A DNA stretch of 64,000 bases, from the NCBI GenBank assembly GCA_951406725.2, contig OX597828.1, positions 14,632,001 through 14,696,000 of the forward strand. The letters run 5' to 3'. The notes beneath the pieces are model-generated. The model did not search any database, was not told the DNA's origin, and worked only from the letters and a program-made list of their open reading frames with translations. Shown piece by piece: positions 14,156 to 27,125 of this stretch (position 1 is its first letter; every line of letters starts with the position of its first letter). This DNA is from Octopus vulgaris (lineage: Eukaryota). Position numbers and translations under genes: made by a program.

Positions 14156-15145
14156 TGCAATTGATGATGTCGGAGTAGTGATGGCAAATATATGATATGC
14201 TTGCCTGCAATGAAGTGCGATTGGCTTTGGTGATACGCTTTGAAATTTATAGAATATAAAATATCTCTTGCAATATCATGCAACAAGTTTATCTATAAGA
14301 TAGACTGAAATAAATTTAAGTATTAGAAAAACTCAGCTGGAAAAGGAAATTATGAATATGTAGATATATTCCTTTTTTGTTTTTGGTGTGTGGAAAAGCA
14401 GTGGGCAGACCGCTGACATACCGTTTCGTAGTTTGTTGACCGCCCTTCAGACGTGGCGTATCTAGCTTTCTCCCCCAAGTCGATAGCATAGAACATTCAG
14501 TTAATATAAAAAGGAGTAAAAAGATTGTTCGATGAACTGAATTGCCTGTTCCTGAATTAACGTGTGAGGCACTGAGGATTCCACAGACGCGTGTTTCCTT
14601 AACGTAATTCTCGGGCAGAATCAGCGTGACCCAGTGTATGACACGGCTGTACATTTCGAATTACTGGTACAATCCACTCGATGGGCAATTATATGGTTTT
14701 TGTCAACCTAATTTCACAAATAAAGTATAGGTCGCCCGGAGACTATAGAAGAAAACACTAACTCAAAATGACCCATGGTTGCCGAGAGAACTTCTAATTT
14801 TCTGTGTCGTTCCGCACAGTTTTCAGAGAGAGAGCTTAACCACTTCAAAGAGCAGAAAGTTCAGTTGATTGAACAACTAACAAAAAAGTTATCATTGAAA
14901 CCAACAAAGATCCATTTCATACAGTAGTGTAAACGCCATGATGTGACTCCCAAGTGGCAACATGGAACACCGCATGGCGATAAGTGACACCATGTGGAAC
15001 CATGGGGCACAAAATATCTGTCTAAACTAATCTAATGGAAGCTTTATGCATATTTTCCTTTTCTGTCTTTCGCCTTTTTCTGATTATCACCATCATCATC
15101 ATCATCCTTATCATCATCATCATCATCATCATCATCACCACCACC

Positions 15146-15177
<32 letters not shown>

Positions 15178-16003
15178 TCAGATAGTCGTTTTGCTCTTGA
15201 CGTGACTAATTACTAGCTATTGTGAGCACTTGACTATTGTTATTTTTTTCTCTTTTCCTAATCGATCAATCAATACTACTTGTTGATGGCAAAGTATTTC
15301 AGAACACAGATTTATAGTACGTTGTGAGAAGGACTAAAATCCGGTTCATTTTCTCTGTAACAATACTGTTTATTTATCGTCAGCCATTTTGTCGATTCTG
15401 CCGATTCGGTTTTGTGATTCTAAAATATTGATATTTCCTGGCAGAAAACCTTTTATTATTTTCTTTCAATTCATTAGAGAAATTTACATTACTTAGAAAC
15501 AAATATGCATCAGCTCCAACCGAAACACATTGTTACACCGTAGAAAATGCCAACGTCTTACATTCTGAGCTCAAAGCCTGGTGAGATTGACTCGCCGCTG
15601 AATCTTTTTGAAGTCCGAAAAATAAAGCAACAGCCATTTATTTAGATCGAAATGACTGCCTATTCCCTCAGCCTCCTCCACCCTCTCACCAAATTTCTGA
15701 CTTTATATCTATGTCAGAAATCCCTATATTATTTTAGCAGGGATCCAGAACCCACCGAGAACAACTCAATCATCCTGCGAGGAACTGATAAAATAAAAAT
15801 TCCTACCTAAATGAACTGGAGTCAGTATAATTGACGATACCTTTCCACGAAATCAACCTTGTGTTATGAACACAACTACATACATACATACATTTATACA
15901 TACATACATACATACATACATACATACATACATACATACATTTATACATACATACATACATACATACATACACACACATATACATATATACATTCATATA
16001 CAT

Positions 16004-16048
<45 letters not shown>

Positions 16049-16220
16049 ATATTAGGGAATAAATCCAAATTTACAGGGAAAAAAATCAGATTTAGGATTA
16101 AATCCAATTTTATAGTAAAATATTATATAATATTAATTAGAGACAAAACCACTATTTTGCAAAACAAACAAGGAAAGACTTAATCAATACATAAAATTTT
16201 AATAAAAAGTAAAAAAACCG

Positions 16221-16263
16221 CCACTACAATTGTTTCATGTCTTGATCGACAATCTTCAGGTGG
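16221..16263 (-). ncRNA. Minimal hammerhead ribozyme
   Basis: Minus strand CCAC-CTGAAGA-tTGTC(gatcaa)GACAt-GAAAC-AATT-GTA-GTGG. Confidence 0.8.
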
Positions 16264-16400
16264 ATTTCCGATTTTCAAGTCAGTTTCAATTTATATATAT
16301 ATATATATAATATTAATTAGAGACAAAACCACTATTTTGCAAAACAAACAAGGAAAGACTTAATCAATACATAAAATTTTAATAAAAAGTAAAAAAAACG

Positions 16401-16443
16401 CCACTACAATTGTTTCATGTCTTGATCGACAATCTTCAGGTGG
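16401..16443 (-). ncRNA. Minimal hammerhead ribozyme (tandem copy)
   Basis: Identical to 16221-16263, 180 bp away. Confidence 0.8.
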
Positions 16444-16512
16444 ATTTCCGATTTTCAAGTCAGTTTCAAATTATGAAGTGCATAATTTGAAACTGACTTG
16501 AAAATCGGAAAT

Positions 16513-16555
16513 CAACCTGAAGATTGTCGATCAAGACATGAAACAATTGTAGTGG
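16513..16555 (+). ncRNA. Minimal hammerhead ribozyme (inverted copy, one stem I mismatch)
   Basis: CAAC-CTGAAGA...GAAAC-AATT-GTA-GTGG. Confidence 0.75.
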
Positions 16556-16639
16556 CGGTTTTTTTACTTTTTATTAAAATTTTATGTATTGATTAAGTCT
16601 TTCCTTGTTTGTTTTGCAAAATAGTGGTTTTGTCTCTAA

Positions 16640-16686
<47 letters not shown>

Positions 16687-16717
16687 ATGAATGTATATAT
16701 TTATATGTGTGTATGTC

Positions 16718-16782
<65 letters not shown>

Positions 16783-17249
16783 GAATGTATATATGTATGT
16801 GTGTGTCTGTGTATGTATGTATGTATGTATGTATAAATGTATGTATGTATGTATGTATGTATGTATGTATGTATAAATGTATGTATGTATGTAGTTGTGT
16901 TCATAACACAAGGTTGATTTCGGGGAAAGGTATCGTCAATTATACTGACTCCAGTTCATTTAGGTAGGAATTTTTATTTTATCAGTTCCTCGCAGGATGA
17001 TTGAGTTGTTCTCGGTGGCTTCTGGATCCCTGCTAAAATAATATAGGGATTTCTGACATAGATATAAAGTCAGAAATATATATATATATATGCTTATATT
17101 AAATAAATTGCTTACATTAAATAAATTGCTTACATTGTCTGCATTAATATAAATAATCCTTTAAAACCATGCAGAAATTAAGCTTCCTCATCAGCTGAGA
17201 GAAAAATCCTTAAATACTAAAGTCTCGACGTAACGTTTCAAGAGCGCAA

Positions 17250-17480
17250 AGTCAATATTTAAATAGAATCTTAAAAGATATGGAAGGCAATAATAATAAA
17301 ATTAATACAAAATGATAAAACCATTTTCTACCAAAGGAAAGGGAATTTAGGTAATACAATTATGAAGTAACTAGTACATATCTTCATAAATCTCCTTTGT
17401 ATTCTTAGAAAATTGTTTTATTTGTATTAATTTTACTTTCGTTGTCTTCCATACGTTTTATGAATTTTAAAAATATATTT
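17250..17480. repeat. Old AT-rich inverted repeat (MITE-like)
   Basis: TATGGAAGGCAA...AAAATTAATACAAA...TTTTCTA versus TAGAAAA...TTTGTATTAATTTT...TTGTCTTCCATA. Confidence 0.55.
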
Positions 17481-18650
17481 ACTTATATCTTTAAATGTCT
17501 AAAAAAAATTAATTTAATATTGTACATATTTCTCTTGTCGATATCAAATCCTATATTTTATAAACATTGTCACTAAAAGCTTTTATTTAGTTTCAGTTTG
17601 TTATATTATTTCTGCTCTATTTTTGTTTTCTAGATTTTTAGCAATAAATATATCAGTTGGGGCTGAGGTAGGGGTAATGAGCATTGATTAGTGTTTTACT
17701 ATTGTACTTTGGCTGTACTTAAGAAGTTAATGTAAGCAGGGTAATATTAATGGGGCTTGGCAAAAAAAAAACAGAACATGTAAAAACATGCCAGGTCATG
17801 TTCAAAACAAAAAATGACTTTTCATACGTGTAACGCTAACGTCTGTCACACGGTATCCTTCTAATAATTTCATATAATCTCCTAATATAATCAGAGCCAC
17901 CCCAGAGAAAATAGAACTGTGATGATAAGCCATGTGACCCCCTGCTTTGATTCTTAGTAGTGGCAGTGGTGGTGGTGGTGGTGGTCATCGTGGTGTTCAA
18001 TTCTGAGACGGTCCTGATCGATTATATCTATGACCAATGGACATTCCAAACGTGACCATTCCAGTGTTCTTTTTTTTTTTCAAATACATTATTTCAAGAA
18101 TCGTAAAACGAACAGCCAACGGAAGGCGGTACCTTGGCCGACTTGTTAGAGAGTAGGATAAAATACTTAGCGATAATTGCTATGACTCTTTGTACTTTGA
18201 GTTCGATTTCCACCAAGATCGGTTTCTTCCTTCTGGGGTCAAAAAGCAGTGGATAAACGAAATTGCTAAAGGGTTCAAACGGGTCATCATGCAGTATTTG
18301 TTCAGGTTCATTGCATTTGACGTCACGCTTTTGATGGCACTGTGCCAAGCCAAGTCAGCCCTTGCTTTGCGTTTCCCTTGGATATCATCTCTGGTATATA
18401 TAGGGGACACTTGCATGCATGGGCAACCTTTTGTCTTTCACAAAGAAAATGCCCATATCTGCGCTTTAGGGAAGGACCTTCCAATTGCACATGCTCACTA
18501 GAACCGTTAACCATCATATATTTCCCTTTTTTTTTCTTTCTTTAAAACTATTATGCTAGGGCGTAACTTGTGAAGAAATTTGGCAGTTATTTCTAGCACT
18601 TAAAGTGGGTACTTGAAGATGTCCTTGTTGGTTTGTGTTCCACGAATGGA

Positions 18651-18720
18651 TCACATGGTGGTACATGGTGGCACATAGTGGAACATAGAGGCACATAGTG
18701 GCACATAGTGACACAGTGGT
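18651..18720. repeat. 10-bp minisatellite (GGCACATAGT), about 7 units
   Basis: Direct inspection. Confidence 0.8.
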
Positions 18721-18812
18721 GTTCATTTGTTTTTCTTTTTTGTTCTTTTATGGATTTTTTTGTCATTATATGATTTAAATTACATCCAAACCAACGAGTG
18801 AAAGGGACATAC

Positions 18813-18865
<53 letters not shown>

Positions 18866-19198
18866 AACAGACGGAGAAAGAGAGAGAGAGAGAGAGAGAA
18901 ACAAACAGACAGATCGACAAAGCTTCCAAGCGGCCTCTCGATCTACGAGAAACAGCAACCAAATCTTCTTCAAGATTGCTTTGATCATAGGTCTATTCGA
19001 TCACGGTTAACCTGGTGTTAAACAGTGACAACAATAGCAACAGCAACATGAACGAGGACAAAACTGTTATGATGATTGGAATTTTAAAATATTTATGCTT
19101 TGGATTATGAAATTCCAAACTTTTCAGTTGTTTTTTTTTTCTGCCATGACCTTAGCTCAGTTTATTAACCGAATATTTCTAATATTGTTATATTATAA

Positions 19199-19410
19199 GG
19201 CGGAGTGCTGGCATAATCGTTAGCATACAGAGCAAAATTATTAGCGGCATTTATTTTGTCCTCACGTTCTGAGTTCAAATTCTGCCGAGGTCGTCTTTGC
19301 CTTTCATCGCTTCGGAGTCGATAAAATAAGTACCAGTTGATTACTGGGGTCGATGTAATCGATTAACCCTGTCCCCCGAAATTGCTGGCCAAATTTCCAA
19401 AGTTTGATAC
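19199..19410 (+). mobile_element. SINE family A
   Basis: A and B boxes plus core GTCTTTGCCTTTCATCGCTTCGGAGTCGATAAAATAAGTACCAG. Confidence 0.8.
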
Positions 19411-19568
19411 CAGTATTGTAATAATGAGTATCGGCACCCTTACAAATATAATTTTTTTAAAGATTTTTTTCTCAAGGTATAAAATCTCCAAACGCAGGAA
19501 TAAAATGCTTACTACAGTGTATTAAATACAGGAATAAAATACTTAGAGATAAAAATGAAAAAATTTAA

Positions 19569-19793
19569 ACAAGTCTAAGAAGGTTAATCTGGTCTATTAA
19601 AGACAGAAACAAAAACTATAATATCAACTGGGAATTAATCAGTACTGCAAATCCCATACAGACCAGGAACTAATAAATGTGACTTGTGTATAGAGGAATT
19701 ATACCAAATTTTTACATCTGAGCGTAATATAATAAATTCTAGACATGAACAAGCTTTATAAGATGCTTGCATGAGAGAAAATTTACCTTTGCT
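19569..19793 (+). pseudogene. Degenerate PLE GIY-YIG endonuclease C-terminus (probably Naiad-like)
   Basis: Manual translation across frameshifts: TSLRRLIWSIKDRNKNYNINWELISTANP/YRPGTNKCDLCIEELYQI..IINSRHE/RCLHERKF. This has the CxLCxxE...NxRxE...CxH signature. Confidence 0.75.
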
Positions 19794-19921
19794 CAATATA
19801 AATGAATTATGAATAATTAAATAACGAAATGTTTTGAAATTTCTAACTAACCGTAAGGAATAAACGAGTGATTATCCAACTTGGAACTGATGATAAAATT
19901 ATTGTAATTATTGATATATAT

Positions 19922-20088
19922 AGACGCAGAAGTGGTTGAGTGGTAAGTAACTTGCTTACCAGCCACATGGTTCCGGGTTCAGTCCCACTACGTGGCACCT
20001 TGGGCAAGTGTCTTCTACTATAGCCTCAGGCCGATGGACCAAAATCTTATGAGAGGATTTGGAAGACGGAAACTGCAAGAAGCCCGTC

Positions 20089-20146
<58 letters not shown>

Positions 20147-20348
20147 TTGTCCCCCCCCACCCAATATCGCTTGACAACCGATGCTGGTGTGATTACGTCC
20201 CCGTAACTTAGCGGTTCGGCAAGAGAGACCGATAGAATAAGTACCAGGCTTACAAAGAATAAATCCTGGGGTCGATTTGCACGACTAAAGGCGGTGCTCC
20301 AGCATAGCCGCAGTCAAATGACTGAAACAAGTAAAAGAGTAAAGAGTA
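19922..20348 (+). mobile_element. tRNA-derived SINE, family B (CORE-like), full length with internal microsatellite
   Basis: Head GGTTCCGGGTTCAGTCCC, core GTGGCACCTTGGGCAAGTGTCTTC, tail ending GAAACAAGTAAAAGAGTAAAGAG. Confidence 0.85.
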
Positions 20349-20440
20349 ATGTGTGTGCATGTGTGTGTGTGTATTATGTATACACATACACTCTAAGATA
20401 CGAAAATGCAAAACTCTCGGCCTTAAAGTTGATTGATAGA

Positions 20441-20479
<39 letters not shown>

Positions 20480-20488
20480 GCAGACAGC

Positions 20489-20748
<260 letters not shown>

Positions 20749-21658
20749 CTAACATATACGGAGGATTAACTATTTATTTCAATGAAATTCAGCAAATCAA
20801 AATAAAAAAATTGAGAGAAATTTATGTTTATTATTTTAATTATGATACCAAAACATAGATTTCTAAACTTTGCGTCAAAACTTCATTGAAAATATTCAAC
20901 GTGTGCTGTGTCATTATTTCTTAGGGATAGAAATAAAGAAAATGTATGCAGCCTAATTGAACAAAAACAAAAAAAAACAAAAAAAGCTGTCGTGGACAGG
21001 TAAGCAGGTAAGCAGGAATGAAAATAAAATTATGAAAAAATATGTATAAAATTATAAATAAAATTTAAAATGTATACATTTTTAACGCATATTAAACAAA
21101 TAAAAGTGTTTTTTACAGTGTCCGATTTCACTGAAATGGATAATTAATTCTGGGACACCCTGTATATGTACACATACAATATGCATACATACATTATTCA
21201 TTTATTTTGATTATGCATGCATGCTTGTATGTATGTATGTATGTATGTATGTATGTATGTATGTATGTATGGATGGATGGATGTATGTATGTATGTATGT
21301 ATGTATGTATGTATGGATGGATGGATGGATGTATGTATGTATGTATGTATGTATGTATGTATGGATGGATGTATGTATGTATGTATGTATGTATGTATGT
21401 ATGGATGGATGGATGGATGGATGGATGGATGTATGTATGCATGCATGCATGGATGTATGTATGTATGTATGTATGTATGTATGTATGTATGCATGCATGG
21501 ATGTATGGATGTATGTATGTATGTATGTATGTATGTATGTATGTATGTATGCTAGTTCCCTCCCACCAAATTTGTGGCTTTATGCTTTTTTTAAACATCG
21601 TTTTTTCAATAAACATTCCATTGTAGTTCAATTGTGTATGTGAGAAGGAGAGTGAGAA

Positions 21659-21728
<70 letters not shown>

Positions 21729-22046
21729 TGTGTGTGTGTGTGTGTGTGTGTGCGTGTAACAGTGATTTCTTTTGGTTGTACACAACAGAGGTGATAATAC
21801 AAATGTGTTGTGTGTGTGTGTGTGTGAAGGTGTCACAAAAGAAGGTGTTGTTGATGACGTCAGTGACATGTCTGTCAATGGAATGAGAAATTGACAACAA
21901 TCAAATGGAAAGTGGGTCGTGGACTCGGCAGTTTGTACATGCTCAATGTCACTCACTACTTTACATCACCACACACACACACGCACACACACACACACAC
22001 ACAACACACACATAATATACACATGTTTATACATGTATGCAAATAT

Positions 22047-22083
<37 letters not shown>

Positions 22084-22190
22084 CATATTTATACACATAT
22101 ACATATACTCTCATGTGTGTATGTACGTGTGTCTGTATCTGTATAACGTATGTATGTACATGTGTCTGTGTTTTTGTGTGCGTATGTGTA

Positions 22191-22260
<70 letters not shown>

Positions 22261-22270
22261 TGTTTATACA

Positions 22271-22460
22271 GGGGTGTAGCGAGCTTAAGGGGGCTCTGAT
22301 TAGAGGTAGTACCTTTGGTGTCTTGAAGCTGCACCTTGCCAGGGACCGTCGTGTTGACGGGCATCACTGACCCTCATTCACCTCCTAATCTCTCACTTGA
22401 TGGCTCTTAAGGCCATACTCCGGCACCCCACTTCAACTGGTGGGCTAAACCAAGTGAGAG
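22271..22460 (+). ncRNA. HDV-like self-cleaving ribozyme
   Basis: P1 GGGGTGT(22271)/ATACTCC(22415); P2 CTCTCACTTG(22390)/CAAGTGAGAG(22451); P3 GGC/GCC; L3 TCTTAAG; P1.1 GG(22422); P4 CCCAC/GTGGG; J4/2 CTAA with C at 22445. Confidence 0.8.
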
Positions 22461-22817
22461 GATGGTCTTAACACTGCACTCGTAGGCGAACGACTCCGGG
22501 GTTCCAAAGTGTCCCCAGCTAGGGCGGAGGAACCTGCTCAGGTCAACGGACAAGTATTCGTGGCCAAGGCGTGTTTCAAGTAGCTGCATACGGTTGTGGT
22601 TAACAGTTTAGAGAGGAATGGGCGACGCCAGACTAACCTGCCCATGATACATTCATGATCATGACAATCAGACCAGAATCCATAATTGATCGGTCGTTGC
22701 CCGGATTGCCGATTCACAGAATGCAACAGAAGACCTAGGAAGAGGGCGAAATTCGGTTGCGACGACATCAACGAATATCCCAACGACCACACGGTCAAGG
22801 GATGGGAGGAGGAAGAA

Positions 22818-22820
<3 letters not shown>
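22271..22820 (+). mobile_element. Short internally deleted RTE-type element between (TG)n tracts
   Basis: HDV-like ribozyme at the 5' end. The 3' end CCCAACGACCACACGGTCAAGGGAT plus GAA-rich tail resembles the RTE terminus (PQRP.R.RD). No RT in between. Confidence 0.7.
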
Positions 22821-22870
<50 letters not shown>

Positions 22871-22883
22871 TGTGTATGTGTGT

Positions 22884-22952
<69 letters not shown>

Positions 22953-23169
22953 TTCTAGCAGACACGTGATTCTCGATCCGGTACCACTATGTAGCTACTT
23001 ATTTTTACATTTTAACTGTCCTTTCTTCTCTTTTTCCCAACAGAACGAAGCCATTTGTTTGTTTGTTTTTTTATTCCTCCAAGTTGAGAGGAGCTTCTAC
23101 GTTGTCGTCACTTGACCTGTTGAAAGTAGCTGGCAATGTTCCCTTAAATTACATCCCTAAATTACAAAT

Positions 23170-23330
23170 GGCACAGTCGTGGACGTGTGGTTAATAAGCT
23201 TGCTTCCCACTTGGGCAAATGTCCTTTACTATAGTCTTGGGCCGATCAAAGACTTAATCGTGGGTTGTAGACGGAAACTGGAAGCCCGTCGCGTGTGTGT
23301 ATGTGTGTGTGTGTGTGTGTATGTGTGTGT

Positions 23331-23373
<43 letters not shown>

Positions 23374-23640
23374 TGTACGTATGTATGTATTTATGGATGC
23401 CTGTGTGCGTTTCTTTGTGTTTATGTTGAGTTTGTCCTCAGTACCGCTTGACAACTGGTGTTACTTTGTTTACGTCTCCATAACTTATCAGTTCGGAACT
23501 AGAGACCCGATACAGTAAGTAGAAGGATTAAAAATATTTTAAAAAAACTTAGGTCACTTTGTTTGACTAAACCCTTCAATGTGATGCCCAGCATGGCCGC
23601 AGTCCAATGACCAAAACAAGTAAAAAGTAAAAGATAAAAC
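23170..23640 (+). mobile_element. SINE family B (diverged)
   Basis: TTGGGCAAATGTC...GTAGACGGAAACTGGAAGCCCGTCG, (TG)n, tail CAGCATGGCCGCAGTCCAATGAC. Confidence 0.75.
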
Positions 23641-24285
23641 TAATGTGGTCCTAGATATATTAAATTACCCCATTATGAGATGTTTTAGACCATAAATCTA
23701 TCTAATGAGGGCTAAATTGAAATTAAACAGAAGAATAAAACACCCATTTTTTAAAAGCACACCTACTTCTCCCAGATGTGATACTGAAAGACACAAGATA
23801 CGCTTGAGTTCGTTCTCTTAGAATCCACCAATGAAACGCGGCGATTGTATGACGTAAAAAAATAAACATGGCAGCCATCATCTGAATTTCAAGGTTTCTG
23901 GTGTCATTAACACTGGAATTTATTACTGCTGTTTGCGTTACGTCATTTGTTCGATACGTGGTGTGTTAACCATCTATGTCATTCGACTTCTCCATTCATA
24001 CACAACTGTTACTGTAACATTAAATGACATGACTAAAGGTTTCGATTCCATTTTGCCAGTATTCCCACGCATTAAGACAATATTTTGAATATTTCAAGTA
24101 AATAACTTGAAATTATATATTCCCAATTACGTGTCAGCATACCAAGAAATGTGTGTATGTATGTATGTATGTATTCATGTAGATGCATATGTATTATATG
24201 TATATAGATGTATATGTATATGTGCATACATGCACACTCAAATATGCAGGTATACAAATGTACAGGTATATAAATATGTATATAC

Positions 24286-24383
<98 letters not shown>

Positions 24384-24389
24384 AATATT

Positions 24390-24431
<42 letters not shown>

Positions 24432-24804
24432 AATATTTTATAATTATAAACATAATTATAATTAGGGTTCAGCTAATTGCTTCGCCACATACCGAATTTA
24501 GAAATAGGAGTTAAAAATTCCATTTCTACTGATGTTTTATTGATTTAAGTATGTTTCTCCATTTTCTAATTTTGTAGTATTAATTTACGGTAATTTCATT
24601 ACCTTTACCCATATAATACAATAGATGAACTGATTGTTTGGCAATTTTAACATCTATGTATTAGTCTTGTTGGGTACCTATCTAGCAGTATATTGGATAT
24701 ATGTTATCCCATGGTGGGTTGAATTTTCAACCCCTATCTCATTTTATAATATATATATATATATATATATATGAATAAAGCTAGCTAGCCAGCTAGCTAG
24801 ATAT

Positions 24805-24904
<100 letters not shown>

Positions 24905-26489
24905 TGTAAGAATCCCTATATCATGCCCGTCTGACAAACGCCTTTTTAGGTTTTCCTATATCTTGTGCGAAATCAATTGGTAAAATCTATGCATAATACT
25001 GTACAATGTGTGCGTGTGTGTGCATATCTTTGTTATTCTCCTTCAACTGCCAAATGTGACATTAAACAGGGTGACATGTTTGGCCTAAGTCAATCTCCGT
25101 ACGACATAACCAACCGTAGGCTATATGACAGTGTTAGCAGCGTAGCTCCAGATTTCATAGAAATAAATGTCCAGGCTGTTTGATCAAATAACAGCGTAAC
25201 TCCTTCGCAAGCGTTCGATGATACTCTATCTGTCCAAGCAAGCTTTCCGCCTGAGTTGTACTGAAAGGACTGGTTTCACCACAGAAACAATAACAACACA
25301 AGCAATAAAAATAACTTCTACATCCTACAACAATAACATTGACAGTCAAACATTCCTTAAACAAATCCCCTTCACTATGGAAACAACAAATCCTGGACAC
25401 TTTGTACACAGCTCAGATATGCTAACGGTGGTTAAATGAAGAACCAAAATAAGATGAGATGCCAAATATAACGTGATATGATTAAAGCCGTAGACAGCGT
25501 CTCGATGGGGAAACTGTCAGTGGTGGACCTTCCGTCGGTCTCGTGGGAGACCATTTAGTTTTTCTACTAAACAGATTTCTAATCTTGAAATTAACGTGTA
25601 AACGGTGAGTATCTTGTGTTCACGTGACATCATACGACAAAGCTGGACCTCTGGATTTAAAATGCACGTATAATCCAAAGAGAGGGAGAGGTAGACAGTG
25701 AGTGAGTAAATGAGTGAGTGAGTGAGTGAGTGAGTGAGTGAGAGAAGAATTTATCCGAGGCTGGAATTTAACGCCTTTGATGCCTTAAAGAGGGAAAGTG
25801 AAGAATAACCTCGCCGGGATTTGAACTCAGACCCCAGAGACACAGAACGAATACCACGATGTAATTCATCTGAAGTTCTACGCCTAGCAACTGTATTTCT
25901 TTTCTTTCTTTTTTTATTTATTGTTTAGTCAGGAGGGATGGACACTTCTAATGACTCTTTATAAGGCCCCTAAGACTGACGGGAAAAAAGGGAAACCCAA
26001 ATGCTAGCTACAAGGTGGATTCTACTAAAAGTCCCCAATGACCAGCAGGCTACGGCAGGATTTGACCGCAGAACGCAAATAACCAGAACAATTACAGCGA
26101 GACATCTGTCCGACGTTCTAACGATTCTGCCAGTTCACTGCTCTAGTTCTGGAGTTCAATTATCAAACTCAGCGGCCGATAAATGGTAAGGGAAGCGATG
26201 AAAAGCAGAGTTGACCGCGGTGAGAACTGAACACGGAACATATGAAGCTGGATTAAAGACCGAAAAATTCGAATCATTGGTTTGAACAATTGCTCCAGAC
26301 AGAAACGTAGTGAGAGTGATCGCTCGGCCCGGGCGACGCTTTCATGGAGGCACTGTATTATAAGCTTGATGTAAGGTCAGGAAGAGTGACGCGCTAAACT
26401 CAAAGACTGCCCTGGGTGGAGCACACTCTAGTTACACAAATGGATCTAGATCCACCAAACTTTATTGAATTATCTATAAAGTAATTAAA

Positions 26490-27125
26490 GGTGACGAGCT
26501 GGCAGAATCATTAGCACGCCGGACAAAATGCTTAACTGTATTTCCGTCCGTCTTTAGGTTCTGAGTTGAAATTGCACCGAAGTCGACTTTGCCTTTCATC
26601 CTCTTGGGATCGATAAAATAAGTACAAGACGAGTACTGGGGTCGATGTTATCAACTATGCCCCCTCTCCCAAATTCCAAGCCTTGTGTTTATAGAACAAA
26701 AGGATTATCTACAAAGGCAGAGATTAAAGGCAGAGATCTTGCAGAATCGTTAGCATTTGGTTCATCTTCACGTTCTGAGATGAATTTCCGCCAAAGTCGA
26801 CTTTGCATTTCATCTTTTCTGAGTCGATAAAATAGATACCAGTCAAGTACTGCAGATGATGTCATCCACTTTTCCCTTCCCAAAAAAAAAAACTGCTGGC
26901 CCTATGCCAAAATTTGAAACCATCATCTAAAAAATAATCAAAGGCAGTGAACTGGCAGAACCGTCATCGCACCGGACAAAATGCTTATTGCATTTCTTCT
27001 GGCTTTACATTCTGAGATCAAATGCCGCCGAGGTTGACATTGCCTTTCCTCTTTCTGGGGTCGATGTAATTGATTGCCCTCCCTCCCACAAAACTTCAGG
27101 CCTTGTGACCATAACAGAACAGATT
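26490..27125 (+). mobile_element. Three head-to-tail SINE family A copies
   Basis: Heads at ~26490, ~26729 and ~26942, each followed by the core. Confidence 0.8.

Larger units (their letters stand above)
15693..17077. repeat. Large imperfect palindrome: PLE terminal-repeat units plus duplicated flank
   Basis: 15693-16030 is the reverse complement of ~16770-17077. The inner arms 16308-16475 and 16481-16645 are inverted. An extra tandem copy lies at 16040-16290. Confidence 0.9.

Noticed and set aside
18390-18410. LVYIGDT resembling the YIG motif of GIY-YIG nucleases
   Set aside because: The upstream GIY/VY motif and downstream Arg/His are missing; probably coincidence.
23825-23880. CCAAT, TGACGT and AACATGGC promoter-like cluster
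   Set aside because: Short motifs with no associated gene; may be chance or a transposon remnant.
25070-25610. Unique sequence with a Thr-rich 73-aa ORF and a GTGAGT donor-like site
   Set aside because: Stops occur in all frames across the putative exon and no domain was recognised; at most non-coding.
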